Shown here: positions 1 through 11,880 of the stretch, in pieces
Layout: the number at the start of each line of letters is the position of its first letter
Position numbering within the stretch: position 1 is the stretch's first letter
Origin: an uncultured Gaiellaceae bacterium
Lineage (GTDB): Bacteria > Actinomycetota > Thermoleophilia > Gaiellales > Gaiellaceae
DNA length: 64,000 nucleotides
Direction: 5' to 3'
NCBI GenBank assembly: GCA_963820635.1
Contig: CAWGAN010000003.1
Span: 583,459-647,458, forward strand
Notes under the pieces: model-generated
Databases searched by the model: none
The model's input: only the letters and a program-made list of their open reading frames with translations
What the model was told of the DNA's origin: nothing
Program-made: the position numbers and the translations under genes

Positions 1-337
1 CCCGCGATCCGCGTAGAGCTTCGCGCGCGCCGGGTCGAGCACGCGGACGACGACGGTTCCGATGTCGTACCGCTTCTGCAGCACCTGGCCGATCACGATG
101 TTCGTGTTGTCGCCGTTCGTCGCGACGACGACGGCGTCCGCCGTCTGCGACGCCGGCGCGCTCGAGGACGGTGACGTCCATCCCGTGCCCGACGACGAAG
201 CCCCCGCGCCACACCTGTCCGAGTCGTCCGAGCGCGTCCTCGTTCTCGTCGATCACGGTGACGTCCCAGCCGTCGGCGGCGAGACCCTTCGCGACCGAGG
301 ATCCCACGCGTCCACACCCGATCACGACGGCGTTCAC
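1..337 (-). CDS. trkA: TrkA-N NAD-binding potassium-transport protein, N-terminal part (gene runs off the window start)
   Basis: Reverse translation from GTG 335-337 gives VNAVVIGCGRVGSSVAKGLAADGWDVTVIDENEDALGRL...VVVATNGDNTNIVIGQVLQKRY. This is a Rossmann GxGxxG TrkA-N fold. It is absent from the ORF track because it is truncated by the window edge. Confidence 0.75.
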   Translation of the reverse strand, partial: MNAVVIGCGRVGSSVAKGLAADGWDVTVIDENEDALGRLGQVWRGGFVVGHGMDVTVLERAGVADGGRRRRRDERRQHEHRDRPGAAEAVRHRNRRRPRARPGAREALRGSR

Positions 338-348
338 GGCTGCGCAGC

Positions 349-2239
349 CTACTCCTCGAAGGTTCCGTCGGGGAACGCCACCACGAGGACCTCGCACGGC
401 GCGTTGCGGAGGACGAAGTCGACGGTCGGCGAGAAGAATCGCGACTGCCGACGCCACCGCGGCGACGAGCCGAGGACGATGAGGTCGGCGTCGCGACGCT
501 CGGCCTCCTCGACGATGGCGTGACCGATCGATCGCGCGCGAACGACGTCCCCGTGCACCTCCACTCCGTGGTCGGCGCCGAGCGCTCGCGCCTCCTCGAG
601 CGACGCGTCGACTCGGGCTGCGACCTCGGGCGGGAGCTCGCCTTCGAGCGCGAACCTCCGCGGGACGCGCACGACCGTGATCGCCTCGATGGCCGCATCC
701 CGCTCCTTCGCGAGCGCGATCGCGGTCGCCACCATCTCCTCACCGATGTCGCCGAGCTTCATGGGCACGAGAATGCGCTCGAACTGCGAGCTCGTCGGAA
801 GCTCGGCGACGGGCGTGACCTGCTCGAAGAGGCCACGTCGCCTGGTTCGACGAACGGCCACGAAGACGGCGAGCCCCGCGAGGAGCCAGACGGGGCCGGC
901 GTAGCGCGCGCCCGGGTGGGTGATCATCGCGAGGACGAAGATGGCGGCGGTGAGCGGCGCTCCGACGAGCGCCGCAACCGGAAGCCGGTGCCCGCCGATC
1001 GAGACGTTCGGCCAGCGCGCGATACGGGCGCGCGAGATCGGGCTCGCGCATCCGGAGACGAACGACGGCGAGCTGGGCAGCGGTGAAGGCGATGAGGACG
1101 CCGAACGAGTAGAGGCTCGCGAGGAAGGCCGGGTCGCCGCCGGCCGCAAGCTCCGTCAGCAGCGATGAGCCCGATCGCAAGCGCCGCGGCGATCGCGATC
1201 GCCTCGCTCGAGACGACGGATCGCGGCGCTCGAGACGCGCGAACTCGCGCGGCAGCGACCCGTGCTCGGCCAGTGAGTAGGTCAGGCGCGTGATGCCCGA
1301 GAACGACGTCGTCGCGGCACCGACGAGGATCAGCGCACCCGAGATCCCGACGCGACCTCGAGCGCGTCGACGAGGAGCGCCGGGAGCGACCCGTCGAACG
1401 ACGCCGCGATGCCGACGAGCGGCGCCTCCAGCCACTCGCTCTCCGAGCGCGGTCTCTCCGTTCGACACGGGGTAGGCGGAGAGACCGATCGCACCGATGA
1501 GCACGGTCACCACGACGACGAGCCCGATCGCGGAGAAGAGCGAGCGCGGCAGCGTGCGACCCGGCTCGGTCGCCTCCTCGGCGAGGTTCGCGACGGTCTC
1601 GAGGCCCGTGTACGCGAGCATCGCGAGCGGCAGCGCGAACGCGAGGTCGCTCCAGTCCTGGCCGCTCGCGAAGCCGAGCCCTTCGCCGAGCGTCTCCGGC
1701 GAGAGCAGGAAGCGCGAGCCCGAGCACCACGAGGAGTGCCCTGCACGAGCAGGTCGAGCAGCGCGACGGCGAGCGCGCCGAGATGGAGCCGCGTCCGACG
1801 AGCGATCCGCACGCCCGCGATCGCGGCGATGAGCGCGCAGCCGACGACGCGCATCCCACGGCGACTCGCGAAGCGACGACTGGCCGACCGCGCCGGCGAG
1901 GTAGTGGGGCACGAAGAGCGCCGAGAGCGCCATGACGATGAGGAAGTCGAGGAAGAGCACCCAGCCCGTCACGAATCCGGCGAGGTCGTTGAACGCACGG
2001 CGCACGAAGGTCGCCGCACCGCCGGTCTCCGGCAGCGCGGCGGTGCCCTCCGCGTACGAGAGCGAGACGAGGACGAACACCGCGCCGGTGACGAGGAGGA
2101 CGAGCGGCGTGAAGCCGAGCGCGGTCGCCGCGACGATCCCGAGCGCGATGTACAGCGACGAGGCGATCTCCCCGTACGCGACCGCGAAGAGCGACGGAGC
2201 GTCGAGGACGCGCTCGAGGCCGCGGAGCTTGCGGGCCAC
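349..2239 (-). CDS. APC-family amino acid permease fused to a C-terminal UspA domain (paralog 1), several apparent frameshifts
   Basis: Stitched minus-strand frames give VARKLRGLERVLDAPSLFAVAYGEIASSLYIALG...LPLAMLAYTGLETVANLAEEATEPGRTLPRS (permease core). This is followed by ILVPMKLGDIGEEMVATAIALAKERDAAIEAITVVRVP...LIVLGSSPRWRRQSRFFSPTVDFVLRNAPCEVLVVAF (UspA). GTG 2237-2239 overlaps the TAG of the upstream micro-ORF. Confidence 0.7.
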
Positions 2240-2415
2240 TACCTGACCCTCTTCCGCTCGAGCGTGAACCGCGCGACCCCGAGCACGACGAACAGCGCGC
2301 CGAGGACGTAGCCGACGACGCCACCTCCGGCCGCGGCCGTGCGCACGAGGAGCGCGACGCCGATCGCGACGAAGAGCGCCGCGAACACGATCACGGCGAC
2401 CGAGTACGGCTTCAT
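2239..2415 (-). CDS. 58-aa two-helix membrane micro-protein between the two permease genes
   Basis: MKPYSVAVIVFAALFVAIGVALLVRTAAAGGGVVGYVLGALFVVLGVARFTLERKRVR. Its ATG overlaps the upstream stop (ATGA) and its TAG overlaps the downstream GTG (TAGTG). Confidence 0.5.
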   Translation of the reverse strand: MKPYSVAVIVFAALFVAIGVALLVRTAAAGGGVVGYVLGALFVVLGVARFTLERKRVR

Positions 2416-4280
2416 GCCGCCTCCGCAGCGGTGACGAGCACGCGACAGCTCGCGTGCTTGAGGACGTAGTCGACGGTCTTGCCGAAGACCGCCGCCTGCC
2501 GCGCCGTGAGCTTCCGGCGCGGCGAGCCGAGGACGATGATCTCGGCGTTTCGGGCAGTCGGCCTCGGCGACGATCGCCGGTCCGGCGGCGTGCGCCCGCT
2601 CGAGGCGAGTGAGCACGCGCACGCCGTAGGAGTCGCCGATCGCGACCGCCTGGTCGAGCCTCGAGTTGGCGGCCGCCTCGAGCTCGGGAGAGCGATCCGT
2701 CAGCGCCTGGTCGAGCGGAACCTCGACGACGTTCAGCGCGACGATCCGCGCGCGGCGCTCCGCGGCGAGCCTGCAGGCCATGTCCATGGCGGCCTCGGAC
2801 GACTGTCCCGGCGATGACGGGGACGAGGAGGTTGCGGTACTCGAGCGCCAGCGCTGCCCCGAGCGCGGGCGGCGCCTTCTCGACCGCGCGCAGCCCGACG
2901 TGCAGGAAACGACGCCGGTAGATCGCGTAGCCGACGAGGCCGGCGACCATCCAGCCGAGGCCGACCCAGCGCGTGAGCGGGTTCTGCACGACGAGGACGA
3001 GGAACGAGACGCCCGTCGCCAATCCTCCGAGGAGCGCGAACAACGGCCAGGCAGTGGCGCCGATCCGGACGTTCGGCCGCGCGCGGTAGGGGATCTCGGC
3101 GTCGACCGCGTCCTGCATGCGCAGCCGGACGATCGACGCGTGCGCGATCGTGAACGAGAGCGTCGCGCCGAGCGAGTAGAGCGTGCCGACGAAGTTCACG
3201 TCGCCCGGGAGGATCACGAGGATCGGCGCGACGCCCGCGAACAGGACGAGCGCCAGCCACGGCGTCTTGAAGCGCGGATGCAGCCGCCGCAGCACCTCGG
3301 GCAGCTGCCGGTAGGTCGCCATCGAGTAGGTGATGCGCGAGGCGCCGATGACGCCCGCGTTCGTCGCGATCAACAGGATCGTCGCCGCGAGGATGCCGAC
3401 GTAGATCTCGGCTCCGTCGAGGAGGATGCCCTCGAGCCCGATGTTCTCGACCACGCCGAGGATCGGGTCGTTCGCGTAGCCGCCCTCCTCGGGAGGAAGC
3501 GCGAGCAGCGTCGTGAGCTCGCCGTCGATCATCGTCACCGGAAGCGCCGAGAGCGCGACGAGCGGCAGCGTGAAGTAGATCGCGAAGACCGCTCCCGCCA
3601 CGAGCTTGTACGAGTTCGGCACGGTGCGAGCGGGATCGCGCGCCTCCTCGGCGAGATTGGAGACGGTCTCGACGCCCGGTGTACGCGAGCATCGCCACGG
3701 GAATGGCGATCGCGAGGTTCGACCAGGTCGGCGCGACGCCCCAGTGCACGTTGTCGACGAGCACGTCGGGGCTGAACACGAGCGCGAAGCCGACGATCAC
3801 GAGCAGGACCTGCGTCGCGAAGTCGACGACCGCCAGCGAGATCGAGAGCTTCGCGGCCTCCTGCACGCCGACGACGTTCAGCGTGACGAGGACGACGATG
3901 ACGATCACGCCGACGACGATGTCCCACGGGTTCGTGTTGAGCGGCTCCCAGAAGATCGAGAGGTAGTGCGGGACGAAGAACGCGGAGACCGCGACCGTCA
4001 CGACGTAGACGAGCATCTGCGCCCAGCCCGCGACGAAGCTCACGAGCTCGTCGAACGCGTGCCGCGAGAAGCTCGCCGACCCTCCCGCCTCCGGGAAGCG
4101 CGCGGTCCCTTCCGCGTAGGTCGCCGCCGTCGCGGCGAAGACGATGCCCGCGACGACGAAGACGAGCGGCGTCAGCCCGAGCGCGTAGACGGCGGTGAGG
4201 CCGAGCGCGTAGTAGATCGAGGAGCCGACGTTGCCGTAGGCGGTAGCGAAGAGCGCCGGGGTGCCGAGCACCCGCTCCAT
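2412..4280 (-). CDS. APC-family amino acid permease fused to a C-terminal UspA domain (paralog 2), apparent frameshifts
   Basis: MERVLGTPALFATAYGNVGSSIYYALGL...AMLAYTG, then a frame change to VETVSNLAEEARDPARTVPNSYKLVAGAVFAIYFTL. The C-terminal UspA module is MDMACRLAAERRARIVALNVVEVPLD... Frame breaks lie near 3676, 2808 and 2545. Confidence 0.75.
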
Positions 4281-4393
4281 CTCGACCTCACGCCTACGGC
4301 GGCGTCCGGGCACGGCGGCGAAGCCTACTCCTGCGGAAAGGACGGAGGGCCGGCTTGCGCCGGCCCTCCGTCAGGTCGTATCGCGATCGTCCG

Positions 4394-7142
4394 TTACGGA
4401 CGGTCGATCGTGATCGTGGGCGACGTATGCGTCTCCCAATGCGCCGGGTTGCCGGGAGTTCCCCCCGCCTTCAGCGCCTTGACGACGATCTTGTACGAGC
4501 CGTCGGGAACGACCTTGCGATGGTCGGCCGTTCCGTTTCCGTTGTCGTGCATCCTCGTCCCGTCCCACGGGAAGGCGAGGACGTTCTCGTCTCCCTCGTA
4601 CGGGCCGCCCGCGGGCGGCTTCGTCGCGTTCCGCGGGAGGAAGTTCCGCTCGAGGTAGTTGTTGAACACCGGATGCACGGGCTTGCCATTCGCGGCGTTC
4701 ACGACCTCGAGCTCGAGCGTCCTCACCTGGTGGTTGAAGTGGAGGACGATGTTCGGGATCTCCCCGGGGTTCTGAAGCGTCCACACCTCGCCCGCCGGTG
4801 CGGCCGTGTAGATCTTCGGTGCGTTGGTGAACGGCACGCTCAGCTTGCCGACGATCGGAGCGTTGGGAAGAGCCACGATCGACTGGTAGTCGCCCTTGAA
4901 CCCTGTGTACGGAACGCTGTATGCAACCTCGTCCGTCGCCGGATCGACGAGGTAGAGGTACCCACCGTACAGACCGCCGGTCGGAATCCCGTCCTCCGAA
5001 GGATCGGCCGTGATCGTGACATTGACCGTGGCCGTGCCGCCTGCGGGAACGACCACGCTCGATGCGCTGAACACGACCTGCGTGTCGGGCAGCCAGAAGT
5101 CGGAGAGCAGCGGGCCGAATGTCTGCGTGCCCGTCGAGATCGCGACCTCGTGGTCGAGGTTGTACGTGACGGGCGAACCCGACGTGTTTCGCACCGTCAG
5201 CGTTGCACTCCCGCCTGACCCCTCGCCGAGCGAGACCTTGCCGGGAGTGATCGCGGTCGTGGCATCGATCGCGCCCGGGATGTCGAGCATGCCGGCACCT
5301 TGCCGGTGGACGATGTCGAGCAACCCAAAGGCCGGGTTACCAGACCACACCGCCGGATCAGCGCTGTTCTGCAGGATGGCGCGGATTGCGGTGGGAGCAG
5401 TGCCCGGATGGTCCTCGAGGAAGAGAGCCACACCCCCCGCCACATGCGGTGAAGCCATCGAGGTTCCGCTGATCGTGGCGTACGCGCCGTCCTCGAGCGG
5501 CCACGTCGAGCGGATCAACCCGCCCGGCGCGCCGATGTCGGGCTTCGTCGTCAGCGTCGCTTCCGTGCCGTACGAGCTGAAGCCCGAGATGAGGCCTCCC
5601 GTCGGGTTCGGTGCAGTGACGGATGCCTGCCACGTGAGCGAGACCGGTCCCGTCGCCGAGCCGGTTGTGGATGAGCTGGCCATGCTGCTGCAGGAGCATC
5701 ACGACGGGAATCCCAACCTGCGGCGTCGCCGCGACGATCGGAGTGAGAGCGCCCGGCGAATGGTTGTAGAGCACCACTGCGACGGCGCCTGCTGCCTCTG
5801 CGTTCTGCGCCTTGACCGTGAATGTGCATGCCGGTGCAGGCGCCGGTGGACCGCCACGCCGGATCAGAGCCACCGTCGCCGGTGAAGTACCCGGCGGGGA
5901 AGGGCGCGCAGCCATCCGGGAAGGTCGTGCCTCCCGGGAAGCATTCGGCGGAACGCGCCGACAGCTGCGGCAGCCGCCGACTCCTTGATCGGGAAGGTTC
6001 CGGACGTCGGTGGGTTCGGCGGATCGGGTGTGCCTTGCCCGACACGAATCCGAATGTGCGATCGGGGTGTCGTCCGGCGTGATGGTGAAGCCCGGAGCCT
6101 GGATGTGGCTGTTGTCGTACGACGCCACGCCGATCACCTTGTCACCGACGCCAGGCGCGCCCGCCGAATAGATCCCGTTCGCTCCGCTGTTGCCGATCGA
6201 CGCGACGACGACCATGCCGGCGTCGACGAGTGCATCCGATGCCGCCGCGGTCGGTGAGGCCGCCCAGTTGTTGAATGCGTCCCCGATCGACATGTTCAAG
6301 ACGTCCATGCCGTCCGCGAGAGCCAACTCCATGGCGGCGATCATGATCTCGTCCGTGGTCGAGCCGTCACAGCCGAAGACGCGGTACGCACCGAACGTGA
6401 CGCCAGGGGCGACGCCTCTGGCCTCAGCCGGAGTGTCACCGTCGGCGCCGACGATGCCTGCGACGTGCGTGCCGTGCCCGTTGCAGTCGTCCGGCACGGC
6501 GTCGGGATGCGGAACCGGCTGGAATGCGGCGCTCGTCGAATCCGCGTTGTAGTCGTCGCCGACGAGGTCGAAGCCGTCGGTGATGCGGGAGTTCGGGAAC
6601 GAGTCGCCGTTCTCCGCGCCGCCCGTGACACCGTCGCCGCCGAGATCTGGGTGATCGACGTCGATGCCGGTGTCCATGACCGCGACCTGAACGCCGGCAC
6701 CCGTCAGACCAGAGGCCTGGGCGATGTCGGCACCCGTCATCTGGATCGCGGTTGCAAGTTCCGGATCGGCTGCGGCTGTCGGCCCGAGCGTGAAGTAGCG
6801 GGCCGGATAGACGTTGGCAACGCTGCCGATTCCGGCGAGCTTGCCGACGTCCTGCGCGCCGATGCGCACCGACATGCCCTTGAAGAGCCGCTTGTAGGCG
6901 AAGCGCTCCGTGTACTTCAGCCCGACCGACTTGGCCTGATTCCGAAATGTCTGTGCCCCGTCCTCGAGCTGGACGAGGAAGATCTCCGAGGACTGGCCGC
7001 CCGTGGCGGCAGTCACCGCTGGCGGCGCGACGGCCGGCAGCTTCCTCCCGGAGCTGGCGGCGCCGACGGCTGTCGGTATCACCAGCGCTGCTGCGAGACC
7101 GAGTACGAGCGCACTCCGTCCCCGCGGAAGTCTGAATCTCAT
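4394..7142 (-). CDS. Secreted subtilisin-like serine protease (peptidase S8) with I9 propeptide and PA-like insert, apparent frameshifts
   Basis: Signal peptide MRFRLPRGRSALVLGLAAALVIPTAVGA. Triad motifs are VAVMDTGID, HGTHVAGIV and GTSMASPHVAG. GGGGAG RBS precedes ATG 7140-7142. Frame breaks lie near 6040 and 5690. Confidence 0.8.
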
Positions 7143-7237
7143 GTGTGCTACTCCCCTGTTGGCGATTTCGGGGCAGTGACGGCGTGCCCGTGCCCCTGAA
7201 GCGCCCGCATCCTATGCAGGTGGTTACCACCTCGCAA

Positions 7238-7270
7238 CACACAAGGGGTGACTTGCATCACCCCTGTGTG
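7238..7270 (-). terminator. Hairpin downstream of hppA
   Basis: CACACAAGGGGTGA-cttgca-TCACCCCTGTGTG lies about 20 nt after the hppA stop (7290-7292). There is no clear U-tract. Confidence 0.45.
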
Positions 7271-7289
7271 TGTCATGTCAGAACGGCGT

Positions 7290-9337
7290 CTACCCGTGGA
7301 TCGAGACGAGCACCGGGATCATGAGGATCGCGACGATGTTCGCGATCTTGATCATCGGGTTGATCGCCGGGCCGGCGGTGTCCTTGTAGGGATCGCCGAC
7401 CGTGTCGCCCGTGATCGCCGCGGCGTGGGCGTCGGAGCCCTTTCCGCCGTAGAGCCCGTCCTCGATCATCTTCTTCGCGTTGTCCCACGCGCCGCCGCCG
7501 GAGGTCATGGCGATCGCGAGGAAGAGGCCGGTGACGATCGTCCCGATGAGGAGCCCGCCGAGCATCTCGACGCTGATGATCCCGACGACGATCGGGATGA
7601 GCACCGGGATGAGCGCCGGGGCCATCATCTCCTTGATCGCCGAGCCGGTGACGATGCCGATCGCGTTCGAGTAGTCCGGCCGGGCGGTGTAATCCATGAT
7701 GCCCGGGTTCTCGCGGAACTGGCGGCGCACCTCCTCGACGACCTGGCCGCCGACACGCCCGACCGCCTGCATCGCGAGCGACGCGAAGAGGAACGGCATG
7801 AGCCCGCCGATGAACAGCCCGGCGATCACCCACGGGTTGTCGAGCGAGAAGAGGGTGTCGAGCCCTTCCTCCCTGAGCCCGCGGCCGTACTCGTCGAAGA
7901 GGATCAGCGCTGCGAGCCCCGCCGAGCCGATCGCGTAGCCCTTCGTCACGGCCTTCGTCGTGTTGCCGACGGCGTCGAGCGGATCGGTGACCCCGCGCAC
8001 GGACTCCGGAAGATCTGCCATCTCCGCGATCCCGCCCGCGTTGTCGGTGACGGGGCCGTACGCGTCGAGAGCGACGATGAGCCCGGCCATCGAGAGCTGC
8101 GCCATGACCGCCACGCCGATGCCGTACAGGCTCTCGCCCGCGGCGTAGTAGGCGCCGACGACGCCGACCGCGATGACGATCACGGGGAACGCGGTCGCCT
8201 GCATGCCGACGGCCAACCCCGAGATGATGTTCGTCGCGTGGCCGGTCTGTGATGCGCTCGCGATGTCCTTCACCGGCTTCCAGCGCGTGCCCGTGTAGTA
8301 CTCGGTGATCGCGACGAGCAGGAACGTCACGCGCGAGCCCGATCAGCGCCGCGCCGTAGAGGTTCCAGAAGCTGAACAGCTCGCTGTCGTACGCCATCGT
8401 GACGGGGATGAACCCGATCGCCGAGAGGATCGTGGCGACGATCACGCCGCGGTAGAGCGCGTTGATGATCGCGTTCTGACCGCTGCCCGACGCGCGTGAA
8501 GAACGTCCCGATGACGGACGACAGGATCGAGATGCCGCCGAGCGCGAGCGGGTAGAGCCAGAGGTCTGCCTGGTCGAAGCCGATCCCGAGCAGCATCACC
8601 GCGACCGCCGTGACCGCGTACGTCTCGAACAGATCGGCCGCCATGCCGGCGCAGTCGCCGACGTTGTCGCCGACGTTGTCGGCGATCACCGCGGGGTTGC
8701 GCGGATCGTCCTCGGGAATTCCGGCCTCGATCTTCCCCACGAGGTCGGCGCCGACGTCGGCCGCCTTCGTGTAGATGCCGCCGCCGAGACGCGCGAACAC
8801 GGAGATGAGCGAGCCGCCGAACGCAAGCCCGATGAGGTCGCGCACCGCGGACTCCGGGCTGTTCCCGATCCAGTCGGTGAGCACCCAGTAGTAGCCGGCG
8901 ACGCCGAGAAGGCCGAGCCCCACGACGAGGAGGCCCGTCACCGAGCCGGCGCGGAAGGCGACCTTGAACGCCGGCTGCAGGCCCTCGCGCGCGGCCTCGG
9001 CCGTGCGGACGTTCGAGCGCACGGCGACGTTCATCCCGATGAAGCCGGCGAGCGCCGAGAAGACCGCGCCGATCAGGAAGCCGAACGCGGTGCCCCACCC
9101 GAGCTGGTTGTAGAAGCCGAGCAGGAAGAACGGCACGATCGCCACGACGGCGATCGTCGTGTACTGCTTGCGGAGATACGCAGCAGCGCCCTCCTGGATC
9201 GCGCGCGCGATCTCCTGCATCTTCTCGTTGCCCGCCGGCTGCTTGAGCAGCCACCAGGTGAGGTACAGCCCGTACAGAACCGCCACGGCCGCACACGCAA
9301 GCGCGAACCCGACGGCGTGATCTACGAAGAAGTCCAT
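7290..9337 (-). CDS. hppA: Membrane-bound proton-translocating pyrophosphatase, apparent frameshifts
   Basis: [23 protein letters not shown]..., [39 protein letters not shown] and [21 protein letters not shown]. The GNTTKA motif (7950-7967) is the Lys form associated with K+-independent enzymes. GGAGG RBS precedes ATG 9335-9337. Frame breaks lie near 8480 and 8335. Confidence 0.9.
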
Positions 9338-9429
9338 GATCCTCCGGTTCTCCCGCCCGTTACAAAGTGAACGCCCGGTCACCCAGGCGCGGCGGATTAT
9401 GTATCACAAGCGGCGAGGACGCCTCGCCG

Positions 9430-9730
9430 TCAACCGCCACTTTCTTCGGCGATCGCGGTCGCGTATGCCAGCTGGAGGTTCGTGCGCGCCTGCTCGAGGT
9501 CGCGGACGATCGCATCGTCCACACCGCCCTCGCGCAGCACCGGCTCGAGCGCGCGCAGCGTCTCGATCGCAAGGCGCGCCTGCTCGAGGTCGCGGGCCTC
9601 GGGCGACACCCGGCGGAAGCCGATCGACGCGACCGCCGAGAGCGCGTTCAGGAGGATGTCCGCGACCCCGACCTTGTCCAGCGCCTCGCGGAGCTCCTCC
9701 TCCGTCGGGAGCCTGCGGCTCGTCAGCCAC
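9430..9730 (-). CDS. Small DUF1844-like protein, one apparent frameshift
   Basis: GTG 9728-9730 overlaps the upstream TGA (GTGGCTGA). After a frame change near 9705 the product reads VADEPQAP then TEEELREALDKVGVADILLNALSAVASIGFRRVSPEARDLEQARLAIETLRAL... Confidence 0.45.
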
Positions 9731-10881
9731 CGATCGTCTCGGTCGCGCGAACCTGCTCCGCGTAGATCTCCTCGAGCGTCGCTCCGTCCTCGAAGCGCTC
9801 GATCTGGCGCTCCGCCGCGTTCTGCTCCGGGACGGCGAGATACGGCGCGGCGCCGATCTCCTCTGCGGCGGGCAGCACCCACTCGATCAGCTCCTCGATC
9901 CGCTGCCGCGCGGGGATGGCCTCGCCGCGGGCGAAGTCGATGAGGTCGCCGGAAAGGCCGTAGCGGATCGCACGCCAGACGTTCTCCTCGATGAGGCGGT
10001 GCGGCAGCGGCTCGACGGGCGCGCCTTCGTCGTACGCCCGCGCGATCCGCGCCGCGAGCGACGCCGCGAGGGCGGCGAGCGACTGCGCTTCGGCGAGCTC
10101 GGGCTGCCCGTCGCAGATCCTGATCTCGACGGTCGGGAACGCGAGGTGCGGCCGCACGCTCCACCAGAGCTGAGTGTGCTCGGTGATCGAGCCGGTCTCG
10201 TAGAGGAACCGCACGAAGCTCTCGTACTCGGCCCACGAGCCGAACGCGTCCGGGACGCCGCAGCGCGGAAAGAACCGCGTGAAGATCTGCGTGCGCGCCG
10301 AGTGGAGCCCCGTGTTCACGTTCTCGGCGAACGGCGAGCTCGCCGACAGCGTGAGCAGCTCGGGAAGGAAGTTCCGCAGTCCGGCGACGACCGCGATCGC
10401 GCGGTCCGGCCCGTTGATCGCGACGTGGACGTGGAGGCCGAACGTGTTGTTGCGCCAGACGACGTAGCGCAGGAGCTCGTCGTTTCGCCGGTAGTGCGGC
10501 GTGTCGATGATGCGCTGCTTCTTCCAGTCGGCCCAGGGATGCGTGCCCGTCGCGCCGAGCAGGAGCCCCATCGGCTCGACGAGCGCTCTGGAGCTGCGCG
10601 CGGCGCTCCGCCATGGCGGCTGGAACGTCCGCGAACGTCTCCTGCTTGCCCGTGCGCACCTCCACCTCGGATGCGATCAGCTCGCCCACGAGATGCTCCT
10701 CGAGCGCCGTTCCGCGCGCGGCCGCCTGCACGTCCTCGAAGCGGTTCGTGAGATCGAGCGACTCCGGATCGAGGATCGCGAACTCCTCCTCGACGGCCAC
10801 CGTGAAGTCGGTCGCAGACTCGAACTGAGCCCGCGCCTGCGCGATCAGCTCGTCGGCGGAGAGACGCTGCTCGTCGCCCAT
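9723..10881 (-). CDS. Carboxylate-amine ligase, glutamate-cysteine ligase family 2 (YbdK-like), one apparent frameshift
   Basis: N-terminus FESATDFTVAVEEEFAILDPESLDL... The C-terminal ORF reads MGLLLGATGTHPWADWKKQRIIDTPHYRRNDELLRYVVWRNNTFGLHVHVAI. A frame break lies near 10575. Confidence 0.8.
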
Positions 10882-10924
10882 CGGCGCACTACAGTAGTTG
10901 AAGTCTTGGGCTGCGACGCTTCGG

Positions 10925-11545
10925 CTACGCCAGGTGGAAGTAGAGCGCGTAGAGCAGATCCCCGGCCGGGTTCGACGTGTGGACGTTGACGTCGGCCGGC
11001 ACGTCGAGCAGCGCCTCCGAGTAGTTGAAGATGATCTTCGCGCCCGCGCCGATGAGGGCGTCGGCGGCGTTCTGCGCCGAGTCCGCGGGAACCGCGATGA
11101 CGCCGACGATGATGTTGCGCTCCCGCGCGATGTCGCCGATGTCGCCGATCGAGCTGATCGTGAGGTCGCCGACGCGCTGGCCGATCTTGTCGGGATCGTT
11201 GTCGAGCACCGCGGCGACCGTGATGCCGTGCTCGGCGAAGATCGGCGAGCTCGCGATCGCGCTCCCGAGCCGGCCGGCGCCGACGAGCGCGATGTTGTGC
11301 TGGCCCTGCGTTCGCAGGATCTGCCTGATCTCCTCGAGCAGCGCGTCCGTGCGATAGCCGACGCCGCGCTTCCCGAACTTGCCGAACGCCGAGAGGTCGC
11401 GCCGGATCTGCGTCGCGTTGATGTTCGTGTACTCGGAGATCTCCTGCGACGAGATCCGCTCCTTGCCCATCTTGCGCGCCTGGGTCAGGACCTGCAGGTA
11501 CCTGCTCAGGCGTGCCGCGACTCCCACGGTGAGGCGTTCGGTCAC
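10925..11545 (-). CDS. rex: Redox-sensing transcriptional repressor Rex
   Basis: Intact 206-aa ORF. It contains RLSRYLQVLTQARKMGKERISSQEISEYTNINATQIRRDLSAFGKFGKRGVGY (wHTH) plus the Rossmann motif ALVGAGRLGSAI. Confidence 0.88.
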   Translation of the reverse strand: MTERLTVGVAARLSRYLQVLTQARKMGKERISSQEISEYTNINATQIRRDLSAFGKFGKRGVGYRTDALLEEIRQILRTQGQHNIALVGAGRLGSAIASSPIFAEHGITVAAVLDNDPDKIGQRVGDLTISSIGDIGDIARERNIIVGVIAVPADSAQNAADALIGAGAKIIFNYSEALLDVPADVNVHTSNPAGDLLYALYFHLA

Positions 11546-11565
11546 GTGTTCCCCCTGTCGAAAGT

Positions 11566-11584
11566 TTGTGACAAAGCGTCACGA
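11566..11584. promoter_or_regulatory. Candidate Rex operator upstream of rex
   Basis: TTGTGACAAAGCGTCACGA has inverted half-sites TGTGA...TCAC, about 22 nt upstream of the rex GTG. The spacer is one nt longer than the TTGTGAA-N4-TTCACAA consensus. Confidence 0.4.
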
Positions 11585-11592
11585 TTGTGCCA

Positions 11593-11623
11593 GCGGTTCT
11601 TCCGACTGCGCCGGAAGAACCGC
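11593..11623 (-). terminator. Hairpin directly after the glutaredoxin-like gene
   Basis: GCGGTTCTTCCG-actgcgc-CGGAAGAACCGC is a 12-bp perfect stem abutting stop 11623-11625. Confidence 0.55.
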
Positions 11624-11877
11624 TAGAGGCGACCGAGGCGTGCCCGGAGCGCGTCGGCGTCCACGAAGTACGTGAACGCCAGCTCACCGTCGATCTCGAC
11701 TGCCGGCAGCAGCTCGCGATACCGCGCCTCGAGCTCCGGCCGCCCGCCGATGTCGATCAGCTCGAGCTCGAACGCGAGCTCGTCGTGCAGCTCCGCGACG
11801 ACCTCGAGCGCACGCGCGCAGAGGCTGCAGTCGGCCGCGTGGTAGACGACGACTCGCGGAGCTGGTTTGTGAGTCAC
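11623..11877 (-). CDS. Glutaredoxin-like (DUF836/thioredoxin-fold) small protein
   Basis: MTHKPAPRVVVYHAADCSLCARALEVVAELHDE...LPAVEIDGELAFTYF, with a CxxC motif in a thioredoxin-fold context. Confidence 0.65.
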   Translation of the reverse strand: MTHKPAPRVVVYHAADCSLCARALEVVAELHDELAFELELIDIGGRPELEARYRELLPAVEIDGELAFTYFVDADALRARLGRL

Positions 11878-11880
11878 ACC

